Positions 24,021-35,756 of a stretch of DNA of 64,000 nucleotides are shown piece after piece. The translations under genes were made by a program, and so were the position numbers. Origin of the DNA: Fonticula alba ATCC 38817 (taxonomy: Eukaryota > Protista > Nucleariida); assembly GCA_000388065.2 (NCBI GenBank), contig KB932201.1, one strand, 5' to 3'. The first letter of the stretch is position 1. Every line of letters starts with the position of its first letter. Below the pieces are notes generated by a model that saw nothing but the letters and a program-made list of their open reading frames with translations, had not been told where the DNA came from and made no database searches.

Positions 24021-27000
24021 CTACGACGGATTGTACGCCTGTGAATGAGGACAAGTTAGTTGCCTGATGGCCGATGGTCCTACCTCCCCCCCCCCCCCAC
24101 AATGCCCTCCTTCCTTGGCCAGCACGAATGCACACCCACCGCATGCACGCACCGGATCGAGATAATTGATGGAAGACGAGGAGGACGACGCTGATGGCGG
24201 TCGGCTTGGGGATGTTGGCGTGGGCTTGCTCGAAGGCTGGTGGCGTTTGCGCGGGCCAGCCCCGCGCCCGGTGCTGTTCGATGGGGCAGCGCGTTTGCCA
24301 CTCACCCGGGCACCGCCATCGTCACCGCTACCGCCGGCACTTCCAGACCTGCGACCTCGCTTTGCCGGTTCCGTTGCTGGAGCGGCCGCAGGGGGACGAT
24401 CCGAAGACAGGGAGGACGAGTCCAACTCGTATACAGTGTCCAGCTCTGGCTCCCGTATCCCCTCAAAGGCATGGGAAAAGTCATGGTATTCTTTCAACAA
24501 GTGGGCGCCAGGAGTGAGAAGGGGGGACAGGAACCGAGGGCACATGGAGAAGCCCGGTCGAGAGGGCAGGAGGCACGCCATCTTCCCACCTGCGCAGGGG
24601 ATAGAAAAGGAGAGGGGGAGAGGGAGAAATGGAACACGAGGGAACGAACCATTTTCAAATCCCGCACGGAAGCACTTGTCACACAAATCGACAGACAGAT
24701 CTTGGGGGCACGTCTGGCACGCCCACCGTATGCCAGCAATGGGTTCCATGTTACACGAGTCGCACTACCACCGAGAGGAGGAATACCCAGATGCACAGGG
24801 AGGGAGGAGTCAGAAAGAAGGAAGAGGAGACGTGCGTGTGTGTGTGTGGGGGGGGGGGGGTAAGGAGCAAGGAAAAGAAAGGCGGCCGAGGAAGGGACGC
24901 ACCCGAAAGCCCAAATGCAGCGGCAGCTCAGCGGTGCGACCTGATCGTGTTGAGGATGACTATCGGAAGTGGTCAGTCAAAGTCAAGAGAGGGCTTTGGT
25001 CCGCGAGAAAAAGCCAAAGAAGCAATCCCCCAAATGCCGGACACACTGAAGTGGAAATTGTTGTGAAGGCTCGGCTGACCGAGCGTTTGGTGGTTTCGAC
25101 CGGGGCCGGGGGCGGAGACTTTGCTCGGGCAGCGGGTCCCTTTGGTTGCCGGGCTGGGGTTCGCCGGGTGGGAGTCGGGGGGGCCGAGTCAGCCGGCATC
25201 TTGGGAGGCTCCTCCGAAAAGAGGTCCTCAGCGTCGGACTCGTCATCTTCCGAGGACCAAGATGACTCGCTGTGTGCGCAAAATGTCAATACTCAAGGTG
25301 TAGGCTCCGGAAACCCGAATGGGAGAGAGAGAGAGAGGGAGAGGAGCGACAAGTGTATGCCGTACCTCGAGCTGCCTTTCGATTGGGAGCGACTTTGGCG
25401 CCGCTGCTTTTCCAGGATATTCCGGGCACGGGTGTTCTTCTTTGGCAGATATTTCTGACGGTTGATGAAAGGAAGAACAGGCAAGAGAGACCGAGAGAAA
25501 CCGGCATGTTAGAGCAGGAGGAGGGGCAAATGACGCTCAAGCGGCAGGCGAAAATCCCCGGTCCACAGGGCGAGAAAGAGGGCCGGGCCAAGCAGCGACA
25601 CGCACATCGAAGCGGAAGTTCATTCGTCCAGGGACCGGAAGCCCACGCCGAGCCAGCGAGATGAAGTACTTTTGGCATCGGCTGGCGATCTGCATCGGAT
25701 TGCGGAAGCACCCGGTCGAAAGGGAAATCTTCTTGAAGCGCGTGGCCTGGATTTCCTCTTCCGGGAAGATGGTGAGCAGGCGATCGAGGATCATCTGCAC
25801 AGGGGACAGTGTCAGCATGCGAAGGGGCGCGGTCGGGCAGGCATTCCGAAGGGGTGGAAGGGGAGTGTGGGCGGGGAAAGGGGGGGGGGGAGGTCCCAGC
25901 GAGGGGAGAAACACATGCACACCTGCTCCTCATCCGACCAGGCAGCCTTGTAGGAATCATTCCGCAAGAAGGGCGAGTTGTTGACCTTCTTTCGCTCTTT
26001 GCGCTGGAAAAACAGCGAAATGTACTTGTTGATGACCTTGCTGCCGGGAAGGCTGCACACAACGGCCGCCGAGGCGTCGATATACTCGAAGAGCTCGGCG
26101 ATCGGCAATGGCGGACGTTGGTTGATCATCTGGTAGGCATTGACGATGTGTTGGATGCCGGGGTAATTTTCGGGCGTCAGCTTGGCCAGGGCCATGAGCA
26201 TGGCCGAGCTGGTGGCATTTTGCAGGGACTGGTGAGGCTTCGGCAGCAATTCGGCCACCGATCCGGCCGACTGCTGGACCACAAGGGACGCCTCGCGTTG
26301 GAAGTCCGCCACAGCCGCATGTTGCGACAAATCCCCCAACGGCGAAGCAGCCCATCCAGGGTGGGGGGCGAAAGACGGGCTCGGGACACCGGGTGCGGGG
26401 GAACCGGTGGGGCCGGGTTTCTCAGGCTCGGCCGAGGGGGCCCGCTGTGGCTGCATCGCGGCCGGCTCGAGGGGGATGGTCACTGGGGGTGGGCTTGAGA
26501 CGGCCAGCGGGGCGAAATGGGCGGCTGGCAGGGGGCCAGGCGGGATGAGGGCCGGTAGGGGGACCGATGCCGTTGCGACGGGCGGGAAAAGATGCGCATC
26601 GCGGCCGCTCTCCCGCGAGATCCAAGTATGCTCGGGTGGAGGAGCCAGGCTCTGAAGCAGGGCCACATGCCGATCGGCCAGGTCAGCCCCGGCGACCGGT
26701 GCATCGCGCTGCGCATAGCGTGTCATGGTTTCGACCGTGTCCAAGTCTTGGATGAGGCTGATCGATTGTGCCGGGCAAGGGAGGCCGGGGGCCGAGAGGG
26801 GAGGGGGCGTGGGTGTTAGCAGCGAGGGGACCCCCCTCCGGAGGCAGGGGACAAGCAAGCCGAGATGCCACAGGAGGACGCACGATGGTGCAAAGAGCGA
26901 ATTGGCCAGTTGCGTTGGACTATGCGGGGCCTCGTGCACTTCCTGGCCAAGGGCATCCATGGCCGTCAGTTGGGCTTTGGTGGGGCGCAGAGCTGGGTCG

Positions 27001-27489
27001 GTGATGCGGGACCAGTCGACGCGTGGGACAGGAGCGATGCGTTGTAGGCTCGGGGTCGGTCGTGCCCGGCCCTCGAGCAGCGAGCCAATGAATGCCCGGG
27101 GATCGGCCAAGGCCAGGCGTTCCTGCTCGGCCAACAGAAGCTCGTCCCTCCGGGCGCGCTCGCTCTGCTCGGTCAAGAGGCTGAGGCTGAGACACACTTC
27201 GTAGAAGCTTGATCAACACGAGGGGTTAGATTGGGCGCGTGTGAGCCGGAGGATATATCCCCCCCCCCCCCCACCCCAGACGGGGAGGTCCCAGGGACCG
27301 GGCAGCAACAGTGATGGCCGCAACAACCGGGGACGGGGAAAGACACACGTACTCGGGATCTGCCAGGAGGACCTTCCGTGCATCCAAAGAGAGATGTAAT
27401 GGCCAGGGGACCAGCGTGCCAGGAATCAACTTCCCCCGGACGGCAGCCGTGGTCGGGAGTGACCAGGCAAGGCCGGGCGGATTAGCCAT
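24021..27489 (-). CDS. ZZZ3: ZZ-type zinc finger-containing protein 3-like (Myb/SANT + ZZ), multi-exon
   Basis: Segments: EQERLALADPRAFIGSLL..PSLQRIAPVPRVDWSRI; AAWSDEEQ-MILDRLLTIFPEEEIQATRFKKIS..RNPMQIASRCQKYFISLARRGLPVPGR; ZZ finger ...MEPIAGIRWACQTCPQ..VDLCDKC; terminal INYLDPAYNPS* (ZZZ3 ends NYLDPNY). The start is tentative. Confidence 0.9.
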
Positions 27490-27916
27490 CGTGGCCGGAC
27501 AATTTTATGGGCTGGCTGCAGGACCAGCTAAAGTGGCAGGGGAGAAGGGTGACACAAAGAGGAGACACGACCGGGGAGGGAGGGGAGGCGGAAGGAGGGG
27601 CAGGGAGGGGCTGTTGGAGGGGTCACTGGATATTGAGGAGATCCCTCCCGACCAGTTCCCAGAGTCCGAAAAATGGCCACCATGCGCGGCACCGACCAAA
27701 AACACACACATGCAGAGATAAAGCGATCGGAAAATCTTGTTCTATATTTGAGTTCATCCCCCCCCCCCCCCCCGTTCTCGCCCGTATTTTTCGGGGCCAG
27801 GCCGCAGCAGCGGGGGGGCGGCGGGAGAATATGGCGGGCAAGGGCGGCATGGGAAAAAAAAAAGGCCGAGGGGAGCCGGACGCGCGGCGATCTATATAAT
27901 GGGGAGGTCACGTGCA

Positions 27917-30900
27917 TCAGCGCCACTTGTGAGTGTCCTGATGCCGGGGGTTGGCCGCCTTGCCGCCGCCACCACTGTGGACCTTGTGCCGGCGGAGCTT
28001 GACGTAGTGCTCGGAATGCTGGCCACCAATGCGCCGGCCCATGCGGCGCATCTCGAATGGCAGCATCGGGTCGCGAACGATGATCGGCGGTGCGGAGGAG
28101 GACGGGGAGGTCTGGCCATTGGTCAGGGCCGTCGGGTCGTCCACAAGCAGAGCGCGCGAGGAGGCCGATGTGGTCGGGAGGACCGCGCCGGCCAGCTCCA
28201 ACGGGGTCTTCATGTGGAGGACGCTGTCGCTGTCTTGGCCATCACGCTCGAACTCCAGCAGCGCCGGGGCCCGGCTCAGATCCGGGTAGTGGACAGCCAG
28301 CGAGACAGTCGGGTTCAGGGCATCACGGATGGCATGGATGTCGGTGGCATCGCGCGGGACCGCACAGGTGAAGCCCACCGACACAAAGCCCACCCCGGGC
28401 AGAACGATGTCGGCGATGGTCCGATCCGGGACATACCCACCGTTGGAGGTGAAGTGGGGCCGGCGCTTGCGGGGGACCTGCAGCTGGGAGGACTCATCGT
28501 CATCGTCATCATCATCATCACCATCAGGGTGGTTATCTTGGCCCGTGGCATGGTCGCTGTCCTCCTCGTCGCTGGGGTAGTCCTCGAAGTCCATGTCGGC
28601 ATCCGACCCGAAGTCGCTACTGGCATACCCCTGGTCCGAGGCGTCGTCCTCCCCGTCATCCCGAACAAGGGCCCGGTGGACCAGCTGCCCATCGTGAGCC
28701 GGGGGCAAATTGTCGCCCTCCTGGCGGACCGACTCCAGCCAGGCCATGTCAAGCGGCGCCGGATGCGCTGCCGGGTCGCCGGATTCCGGCGAAGCGCCGC
28801 GAAGGTGCTCTCGCGGGATGAACACCGGCACGTGCGAGGGGGAAAAGGCGGCTGGCGCCCGTGTCGCCGCATTGAGCTCGTCCAGCAGGCGTTCGCGCTG
28901 GTGCGGTGGCAGAGGCTGTTGCAGTTGCACCGGGTAGCTGATCAGCGGCGGTAGATCGCTCGTCAGCAGGCGTCGATTGACCTGGACCGCGCTCAGGGCG
29001 CGCTCGGCCTTCCGGACCTTGGCCTGGAGCTTCTGGCTCTTGGGCTTTAGCTCCAGTGCCGCACGGGCCCGGGCCAGCTCCTCCTCGAGGGATAGCTCGC
29101 CCGGGTCGCGGGTATCGAGTGCGGCCTGGACAGCGCCGATCCCCGAGGCAGTGAGAATCGCAGCATCGTCACTGCCATCCTCCTTGGGATTGGGGTCATC
29201 GGCAAGGGCAGACCCCGCACGCAGGGCGGCCTTCACATGCGAGGGTTTGGTGAAGGGTGGCGTCAAGAGCCCGGTGGCCACATGGCGATTGTAGAAGGCA
29301 TCCGCATTGATGGTCTTGGTGGTGGCCATCGAGACATCGGGACTTTTTTCCCCCCCCAATGAGGCAATCTCTCCGGGTCAGTGCTGGGCATGTATACCAG
29401 TGGGGGGGGGGGGGGGGAGGGAGAGGGGAATGGCAAAAGGAGGGAGGAGCGAGAATCGAAGCGACACTGCCAACCAGTGCCCCGCAGCCCCGTCACGCAG
29501 ACAAGCATGGACGTGCGTTGCACCACCATGCGCACCTGGTGTACACAATGCAAAAGATCCGTTCGATGCCACTCGTGCAATCGACAAAGTCCAATCGGCC
29601 GAGACCACCCAGGAAGAGGCTCCGACCGGGGGCCAGCTCGAAAATGCGCGGCCGGAGGCCGATCTCCGTACGCCGGGTGCGCTCATACCGCGAGCCAGCC
29701 AGCGGGGAGGGGACACGCGCCGAGTTGGACTCCGTGCTGGAAAGGCGCAAGGGAATCAACGCGTCGGCCTCCTGCCGAGTCAAGTAATCGGCCAGGGTGT
29801 GCGTCTCCGGCAGCAGACCCGGGGTGTCGATCAGCACGCCAGCCGGGCCGCCATGCGCGCCAGGCAGCTCGAAGCGCACCAGGTTCAATGTCGTGCCGGA
29901 CACCGTGCTGGTGGTGGTCAATTTCAGCCGGCGGATGGCCCGGCGCCGGGCATTATTCGAAAGGGCCTTGCTGCCGGTGCCAGACTCGCCATCGGCACCG
30001 GGTGCCAGATCCGGCTGCTGGCTTTGCATGAGGGAGAACTCGATCAGGCGGTTGACCAGGTGCGACTTGCCGACATTGGCCTTGCCAATCGTATAGACCG
30101 GGCGGCTGCCGCGCAGACGGTTGATGCTGTCCAGGAGTTCCTGCACGCCCTCGCCGGAGGAGGCCGACACCAAGTGCGTGTCAATGATGCGGGCTGGGCC
30201 ATGGTCGCCCGGGCTCGTGTTAGAATATCGGAGAGGCACGGCCGGGGAGAGGTGTTCGGGAAAGAGGGGAAAGAAGAGAAAAAGACCAGACTCGCGCACA
30301 TCCAATGGTGCGCTTGGACTCATTGGTGATCCACCGCTTCAGGCGATTGCGGCAAGCATCGCGAGGCAGGATGTCCGACTTGTTGGCTGCCAGGATGACC
30401 TGGTCCCAGCCGACCTGCGAAATGTCGTGGGCCACGGACGTGGTGATGTTGGTGAAAGGGGCACACACAAGCGAAGTGGGGCCAGGGGGGGCAAAGGGCA
30501 GAAATGGTCGGCCATGATAACACGCACGACGTCCGGCAAATCCCGAACCAAGCTTCCCGGGAAGTCGAAAAGATCCACCACCAGCACCAACAAAGCCTGG
30601 CGTTCGCGAATTTGCTGCAAGATTTGGCGGTAATCCTACTCTTGCATCGGGCAGAGGACAGGGATCTCAGTCAGAGGGGGCGTGTGTGTAGGACGAAAAG
30701 AAAGGGGCGACGGGGAGAGTGCGAAAAAGGAGGCCCCCCCCCCCCCGCCCCGCATCGACGAACCTCGGCCTTCAGGGAGACCGGCGTCACACGACCATAG
30801 TGCCGGAGGAAGAAGCACCGCTGGCAGACCGGCCGCGAAGTGTCGCCCTTGCGGATGTGTCGATCGAAGGCTCGAAGGTCGCCCATTGAGAGGGCCCCTG

Positions 30901-31630
30901 CGAGTTCCTCCGGCGACAGGGTCGCCGGGTCGATCTCATGCATGGACCCGGGAGCCAGGAAGGGCAGCGACCGGCTGGTCTTGCGCAGGCTTTCCACCAT
31001 GTCAAACTGGAAGGGCCCATTGGATGTTGTGGACACACTGCCCGGGCGCTGACTGGGCAGAGGCCCGAGCTCGACCAGCGGCAAGGTCGCGGACGAGGTG
31101 TCCAGGCGCACGGCGTCAAAGTCGGCGCGGCTGCCGCCATTCGCGTTGGCGGCCCCGGCACGCGCCTCCAAAGACCGCTGGTACCGCTCGACCGGCACAT
31201 ACCCCAGGGCCTTGGAGTCCAGTGACTGGAGGGTGGCCCCGCAGCCCAGGCACTGGTCGGCCGACCGGGACCCGGCACGGAGGATGCCCGTTGAGAAGGG
31301 GCTGCGCGTGGTCAGACCCGAGGCCAGGCCAGCGGCCGGTGCACTGGGCTTCGCATTTGCGGGCTTCTTCTTTGACCGATAGCCGGAGGTGTACTTGCGC
31401 GATCGAGATGCCTCACGGGCCTCCTCGGCCGAGGTGGCCCGGAAGGTGGTGGTCGGGGGGGTTTTGCTGGCAGCGGTCTTTGGCTGGGGCTGCGAGCGTT
31501 GCTGGCGCTGGTGGTGCTGGGCGGTGGCGTACGCCCGGAGGGCGGTGGCACGTTCGGCAGAAAAGTCGGCGCCCAGCCCGGTCGGAGACCGGGCCGTCCG
31601 AAAGACCGTGAGCCAGCGAAGTGCCGACAT
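27917..31630 (-). CDS. NOA1: NOA1/YqeH-family circularly permuted GTPase (mitoribosome small-subunit assembly; Mtg3/Gep3-like), multi-exon
   Basis: An Arg/Ala-rich presequence (MSALRWLTVFRTAR) precedes the Zn motif CLGCG...CQRCFFLRHYG. The order is then VVDLFDFPGS, G4 AANKSD, G5 VSASSGEG, G1 GKANVGKS, G2 SGTTL, G3 DTPG, followed by C-terminal PGRSLFLGGLGRLD, HVATGLLTPP and DIVLPGVGFVSV. Confidence 0.94.
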
Positions 31631-31919
31631 TGGGGTTCCGGCGCAAAGGGAGGAGGGCAGACAGAGGGATAGGAGGGGGGGGGGCAGGCAAAAGGAAAGA
31701 CCCGACAAAAATAGGAGGAGGGGAGGAGGAGAGGGATATGCGCGCGTGTGCCGAGGGGAGGGATGTCGGAGAGGGGAACCCTGCCGTGCCAGATCGCCCT
31801 CGTCAAAATCTCCCCCCACCATGGCCCTCCTGCCGCTGGGCATCCAAAAACGAGGGCGGCGCCCGGCCGGCAAGGTGGCCTGCTGGTGGCCGATCCCGCA
31901 GTGCCGAGTCCACGATGGG

Positions 31920-31930
31920 ATTTAAAAAGG
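31920..31930 (+). promoter_or_regulatory. AT-rich TATA-like element ATTTAAAAAGG (candidate)
   Basis: In the divergent NOA1/GST-fold intergenic region, 696 nt upstream of the GST-fold ATG and followed by CACGTG. Confidence 0.25.
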
Positions 31931-32615
31931 GCCGGCACGTGATACAGGATGGCCAAGCTTGATACCTTGGCGATTAGACGTCAGTGCTGCGTGGGGGGAG
32001 GGAGAGGGGGGAGCTCGGAGCGGGGGGACTCGGCCCATACCTGAGATCAGTCACGACGGGCAGCCATCGGTCCGGGCCGCCTCCGTTGTCCGGTGTGTGT
32101 GTGTGTGTGTGGGCGGGGGGGTCGGGCCAGGCCCGAGAATACACCTCCNNNNNNNNNNNNNNNNNNNNNNNNNNNNNNNNNNNNNNNNNNNNNNNNNNNN
32201 NNNNNNNNNNNNNNCTTGCCCTGCCAACGCGCCCGATCTTTAGTTCACTATGCCCCCCCCCTCCGGCCGATCCCTCCTCCCCGGACTGAAGCCGATGCGC
32301 CGGGCGAAGCAGTATGCGTGGAGGCCCGCGCATATCCAGCGTTTACGGGTGGAAGCATGGCGTTGCTTTTGGGGAGGCCCCTTCCACCAGCCACTCCCCT
32401 CCGACTTTCGTCTTTCTCGTACCTCTCTTGTTGTCCTGTGCCCGAGCTCCCGATCGCTGTCTCAGCCTCCCCCTCTCCCTTCCCTCCTCGCCTTTCTCAT
32501 CGCCCTTTGTTCTGCCCCTTTGCAGCATACGCGGCTACACGGATACAGGGATACGCGCACACGCGGCTACACAGACACACACATACATACACACATACAC
32601 ACCCCTCCTCCCAAG

Positions 32616-35574
32616 ATGACATCCAACGGATCTGTCCCCCTGGGTGAGGGGACCTCCTCCACCGCACAGGGAACCCCCCTTACAAATGACTATGACCGGT
32701 GGTCGCGCTATGTCACCGAGTACGCGGACTTCCTGGCTGACATCGACAGCGATGGCGAAGATGGCCAGGGGGCCTTTGTGCGCGGCAGCGCTGGCGCCCT
32801 GGCGCCGCGTGCCGAGGCCGAGCTGGCCTTCCTTGAGCGAGTGGATCCTGATCGCGCGGCCACCTTCCGGGCCCACCTGGAGCGCACGCGCCTTGAGTCG
32901 GGCTTGAGCTCGGCACAGGCCGAGGCCCAGCGACAGGAGCTCATCGCCCGGCGCCAGCGCCAATCCATGGCCCAATCACTGGCCGACTCATATGCCGATC
33001 GTCGGGAGGAGCTGCTCCTCTTCGCTCGAGGCGACTGTGTGCTATCGGGTGCGTGGGTGCCGGCCTGCCGGTATCTGGGCACACCTCCATTGCCGGATAT
33101 CCGGGAGCCTGCTTCGCCCTCGCCCTCGCCCCCCCCCCCCCCCCCCCCTCCGCCCAGTGGGAGACTGACCCTTTGCCGCGCACAGAGATCCTCCGTTGGT
33201 TCCTCCAGGTGTACCATCGCAAGTACAAGGAAGTCGATCGTCCATATGGCTGGGATGCCCTGGCGGCCGGACTGCTTTTTGAGGCTGGGTCCACCAAGCT
33301 CAGTCGAAAGCAGACGTCCAGCGGCGATGCGGGCCCCGGCGCGAAGGCGAGTTCTTCGGCCCCTGCTCCCGGGGCCGCTGACGACGTCACCGTGGTCCCG
33401 GCCTCCGCCGACAAGGACACCGCACCTGGTGATGATGGGACGCCAGGCGGGCCGGCTGTCAGCGAGCCGGCTCCTCATCTCTCGATCGAATGTGTCTCGG
33501 AGCTGCGCGCCCCGTTGCTTGTGGTGCCAAACGATCAAACCCAGCCGGGTGGCTGTCCCCAAGTGCGTGGTGGCTACTTCTTCCCCCTGGCGGGTCCCCC
33601 CTCTCCCGGTCGTCGCTGCTTTCTTGCTCCCATTGGAGGCACTCACGTTCTGTCCTTCCCCCTTTGCTGGACCATGCGGGCATGCAGGTGGCCTACAACA
33701 ATGCCACCTCGGCAGCCATTTACCTGATGGCCAAATCCTTCCCGTCCCTGTACATGATCTATCCCACGACGTCGGTGCTCCATTTGGCCCAGTGGGTGGA
33801 GGCGGAATTGGTTCCATATTCTCAGCGCGTCATCGACCGGACGTGTCTTGCCCGAGAGGCGGCTCGTGAGACGTGTGTTTTTGCCGAGCTTCCCCGGCGC
33901 GAGGGCCGCTTCTATGCGTGGTCTCGCGTGGTATGTTCCGATTCCGGTGTTTGCCTCGCCCTCTCTTGGTCTTCTCCCGCGGTCGAGTCCTTGCATTTGC
34001 CTTGCTGCTCATTTGCTTGTCTGCATGCTTGCGTGCTTGCGACAGCGCGCCGGGCGGGGACTCACTTTCTGGGTCTTGGTGTTTGATCTTGGGCTCGGCT
34101 GTGGCTAATCTCCCCCACCGGGCACTCGTCTCTGTTCTTTGCTCCCTCCCTCCCTCCCTCTCTCTCCCTCTCTCTCCCTCTCTCTCCCTCTCGCACTTCA
34201 AAGGCCTACCGCGCAGCCTTCCCGCTGGTGGCGGCTGTTGGAGGGTTGCTACCCGGTCGGCGTCTATACTCGACAGCTCTTTCGCGGGATATGCGCGCGC
34301 GAGCTGAGACGCTCATCGATCTGATCGATGCTTCACTGTGTCCGGAGCCGGAGGCCGTCGGGGGCCTGGTCTTGGACGCGGATGCGGCCATGCGCCGACT
34401 GAGCGAGCACCCCCTCTTTGCCAAGCACTTCCCTGAGCCTTATGTGCCTCGAACTCGTGGCGCCCAGCGCTCGACCCCCGACGCCAAGCGTGGGGCCGAC
34501 GACAACATCATCGATCCGAATGGCCCATCCGGTCGAGCCTCGCCCAGCACAAAGCTCACGGCCGCCGACATTGCCATTGCCTGCGCCTTGGCACCACTGT
34601 TGTGCGCCGATGGGACAACCATCGGCAGCAAGCTGACAATGCGTGTGCCGTCGATCGGGCATCTGTCTGCCCCCGGCGAGAGGTGCGCTTTCCCTCCCTC
34701 TCCCCTCTCTTGGGTCTCCTTTGCCGGGAGCGCTGCCACCATGCTTGAAGGGACACCATGTCTCCCGGGGCACTGACGCTGCTTGTCCCCCTGTCCCCCT
34801 CGCTCCCTTTCTCTCGCCTCCTTTCGTCGCCAGTGAGCCCCTGACTCCCGCGGACCGGATATGGTCGGCGCTGATTGGCTTCAACACTGAGGCCACCGGT
34901 CAGTCGGGCGACTGGTCTCGAGCGGATGTCTTGCGCTTGCGCGCGCGCCCGGTCGGCAAGTGGGTGTGTGCTCTGTACAACAAGTCCCGCGGCCAGACCT
35001 CCAACCAGCGTCGCCTGGACAGCCGGAATCCGTTTGCATGGCCCGCATCCGGGGATACCCCGGCACCGCAAGAGGCCGGAGCCGGGGCCCCGGCCCACCC
35101 ACGCCTGGCGGCCAATTGGCTGGCCGTGCAGGAGGAGGAGCGCTACCATGCGGTGCTGGTTCAGGGTGCGGCTGTGGCGCTGGCCATCGTTGCGGTCGGC
35201 ACTCCGTTCTCGGTGCGATCTTTTCCTCAGCCCATCACACACACACACACTCCCCCCCACCCTCCCTCCCTCCCTGTCTGTGAGCCTCACTTCACTTCTT
35301 CTCCGGCTTGCCTAACAGCCTTTCGTCGTTCATCACCTCCCAATCCTCGCTCATCCTTGTTGGGATTTGGCTCCCCCGTGGTGTTTCACAGCTGTTCGGC
35401 TCGTTCATGTGGCAGATTCTTTTCCTGCTGGCCGAGCTCGCCTTGGTCTCGGGGGTGGCTGTGGCCCTGGGTGGGCGGTTCCTGCGCGCCCGATGCCCGC
35501 GGGTCTTGGCCCAAGTGTCGGCCTGTTCGTGGCAGCGCCTGCGCGCATGGTGGCGGCCGAACCCATCAAACTGA
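32616..35574 (+). CDS. GST-fold (thioredoxin-like N + GST_C) protein with two predicted C-terminal transmembrane helices, 6 exons
   Basis: Phase-consistent GT-AG exons: 32616-33048, 33186-33562, 33688-33930, 34204-34682, 34834-35212, 35392-35574. Motifs: LFARGDCVLSEILRWFL, RAPLLV, YNNATSAAIYL, KLTAADIAIACALAPLL, RLRARPVGKWVCALYNKSR, then hydrophobic AVLVQGAAVALAIVAVG and ILFLLAELALVSGVAVALGG. Confidence 0.75.
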
Positions 35575-35666
35575 CGGACACAGGTCCCCGCTATGCGTCG
35601 CTGTCCTTTCCTCGGCCCGTGGTTTTCACCTTCTCTCCCAGCTGCTCTCCCTGGCCCTTTCCTCGT

Positions 35667-35667
<1 letters not shown>

Positions 35668-35741
<74 letters not shown>
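35668..35741. repeat. 74-nt poly(C) homopolymer followed by (CA)n
   Basis: Counted directly. It lies between the convergent 3' ends of the GST-fold gene and DRG1. Confidence 0.95.

Positions 35742-35756
<15 letters not shown>

Noticed and set aside
27899-28954. 351-aa plus-strand ORF, and similar long antisense ORFs at 24166-25458, 36888-37772 and 57110-58756
   Set aside because: They overlap well-supported genes on the opposite strand; long stop-free antisense frames are expected in GC-rich coding DNA.
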